From Hydrolagus affinis (taxonomy: Eukaryota): a stretch of DNA of 64,000 nucleotides. Position 1 is the stretch's first letter, and each line of letters begins with the position of its first letter. The notes beneath the pieces are model-generated. The model was given only the letters and a program-made list of their open reading frames with translations. It did no database searches and had not been told where the DNA came from. Position numbers and translations under genes: made by a program. The stretch spans positions 1 through 64,000 of the forward strand of contig JAAILG010000856.1 in the NCBI GenBank assembly GCA_012026655.1, in the 5' to 3' direction. Of this stretch, positions 63,331 through 64,000 are shown piece by piece.

Positions 63331-64000
63331 ATCTCGATTTATTACTCCAAATGGTCATTTTACTTTCCTGTGAATGCAATGTACTTTGTACAACTGCTCG
63401 GTATTCATCCGTAGGCATGAATAATGCTCGATGACATTCAGATGCTCTTAGGAAGTTAACATATATACTTATGGCAGAAGCTATCTACCCAAACCAGGAT
63501 AATAACAATAATCCTTGCATTTAATATAGTGTTTGATCACATCTTCGAGACATCTCAAAGCGCTTCACAGAATATACTGTAAAGTGAATTGACTATATTT
63601 TATGGGCAAAACGCAATCAGCAAGAGTGAATTATTCCAATTGGGGAGATGATTTTGCTCTGAGCATTACCATGAATTCTTAAATACCATTGATCAGACTG
63701 CTGAAAAATGGCCATTGCACAGCCCAAATATTTTAAGTGATCTGTTTCAATGGACTTAGAGTCAGCCCTTGCCCACTCCTTCTTTAAGAGCCTCCTAAAA
63801 ATCTACTTCTTCAACCAAGTTTATGGCTACTTTTCTTCTTCGCACTCCCTGCTCAGTATCCAATACAATCTCTGTAAAACTCCTCGAGACCCTATATTCA
63901 CCCATCACGTCAACATTCAAATAACGCCATCAGTATAATTGGGTAATGATTTGAACTTGCCCAATGTTTGTTTTTGCAACTTATATATTTTCTGAGAAAT

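Overview
Vertebrate nuclear DNA, not prokaryotic. The repeat repertoire (tRNA-derived L2-tailed SINEs, Deu-domain SINEs, L2, CR1, Penelope-like fragments) suggests a cartilaginous fish, possibly a chimaera; this is inference. The window appears to be almost all intron of a minus-strand TSPAN9 (tetraspanin-9) gene. The only host coding exon I can recognise is at 30135..30073 (MARGCLCCLKYMMFLFNLIFW followed by a GTAAGT donor). Its reading frame stays open through the exon's own splice acceptor to a strong-Kozak ATG at 30408, suggesting a long isoform with a 91-aa N-terminal extension made from an internal promoter in a 3-kb TE-free island. The rest is dense, nested transposon debris. Three Penelope-like insertions share an inverted pseudo-LTR architecture and 13-15 bp target-site duplications and carry minimal type I hammerhead ribozyme motifs. 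There are also Tc1/mariner-pogo and hAT MITEs, a 2-kb L2 RT remnant, many SINEs and solo tails, and microsatellites. Nearly all other ORFs in the track are repeat-derived or chance. Repeat boundaries were read by eye and are approximate unless TSDs/TIRs are quoted.
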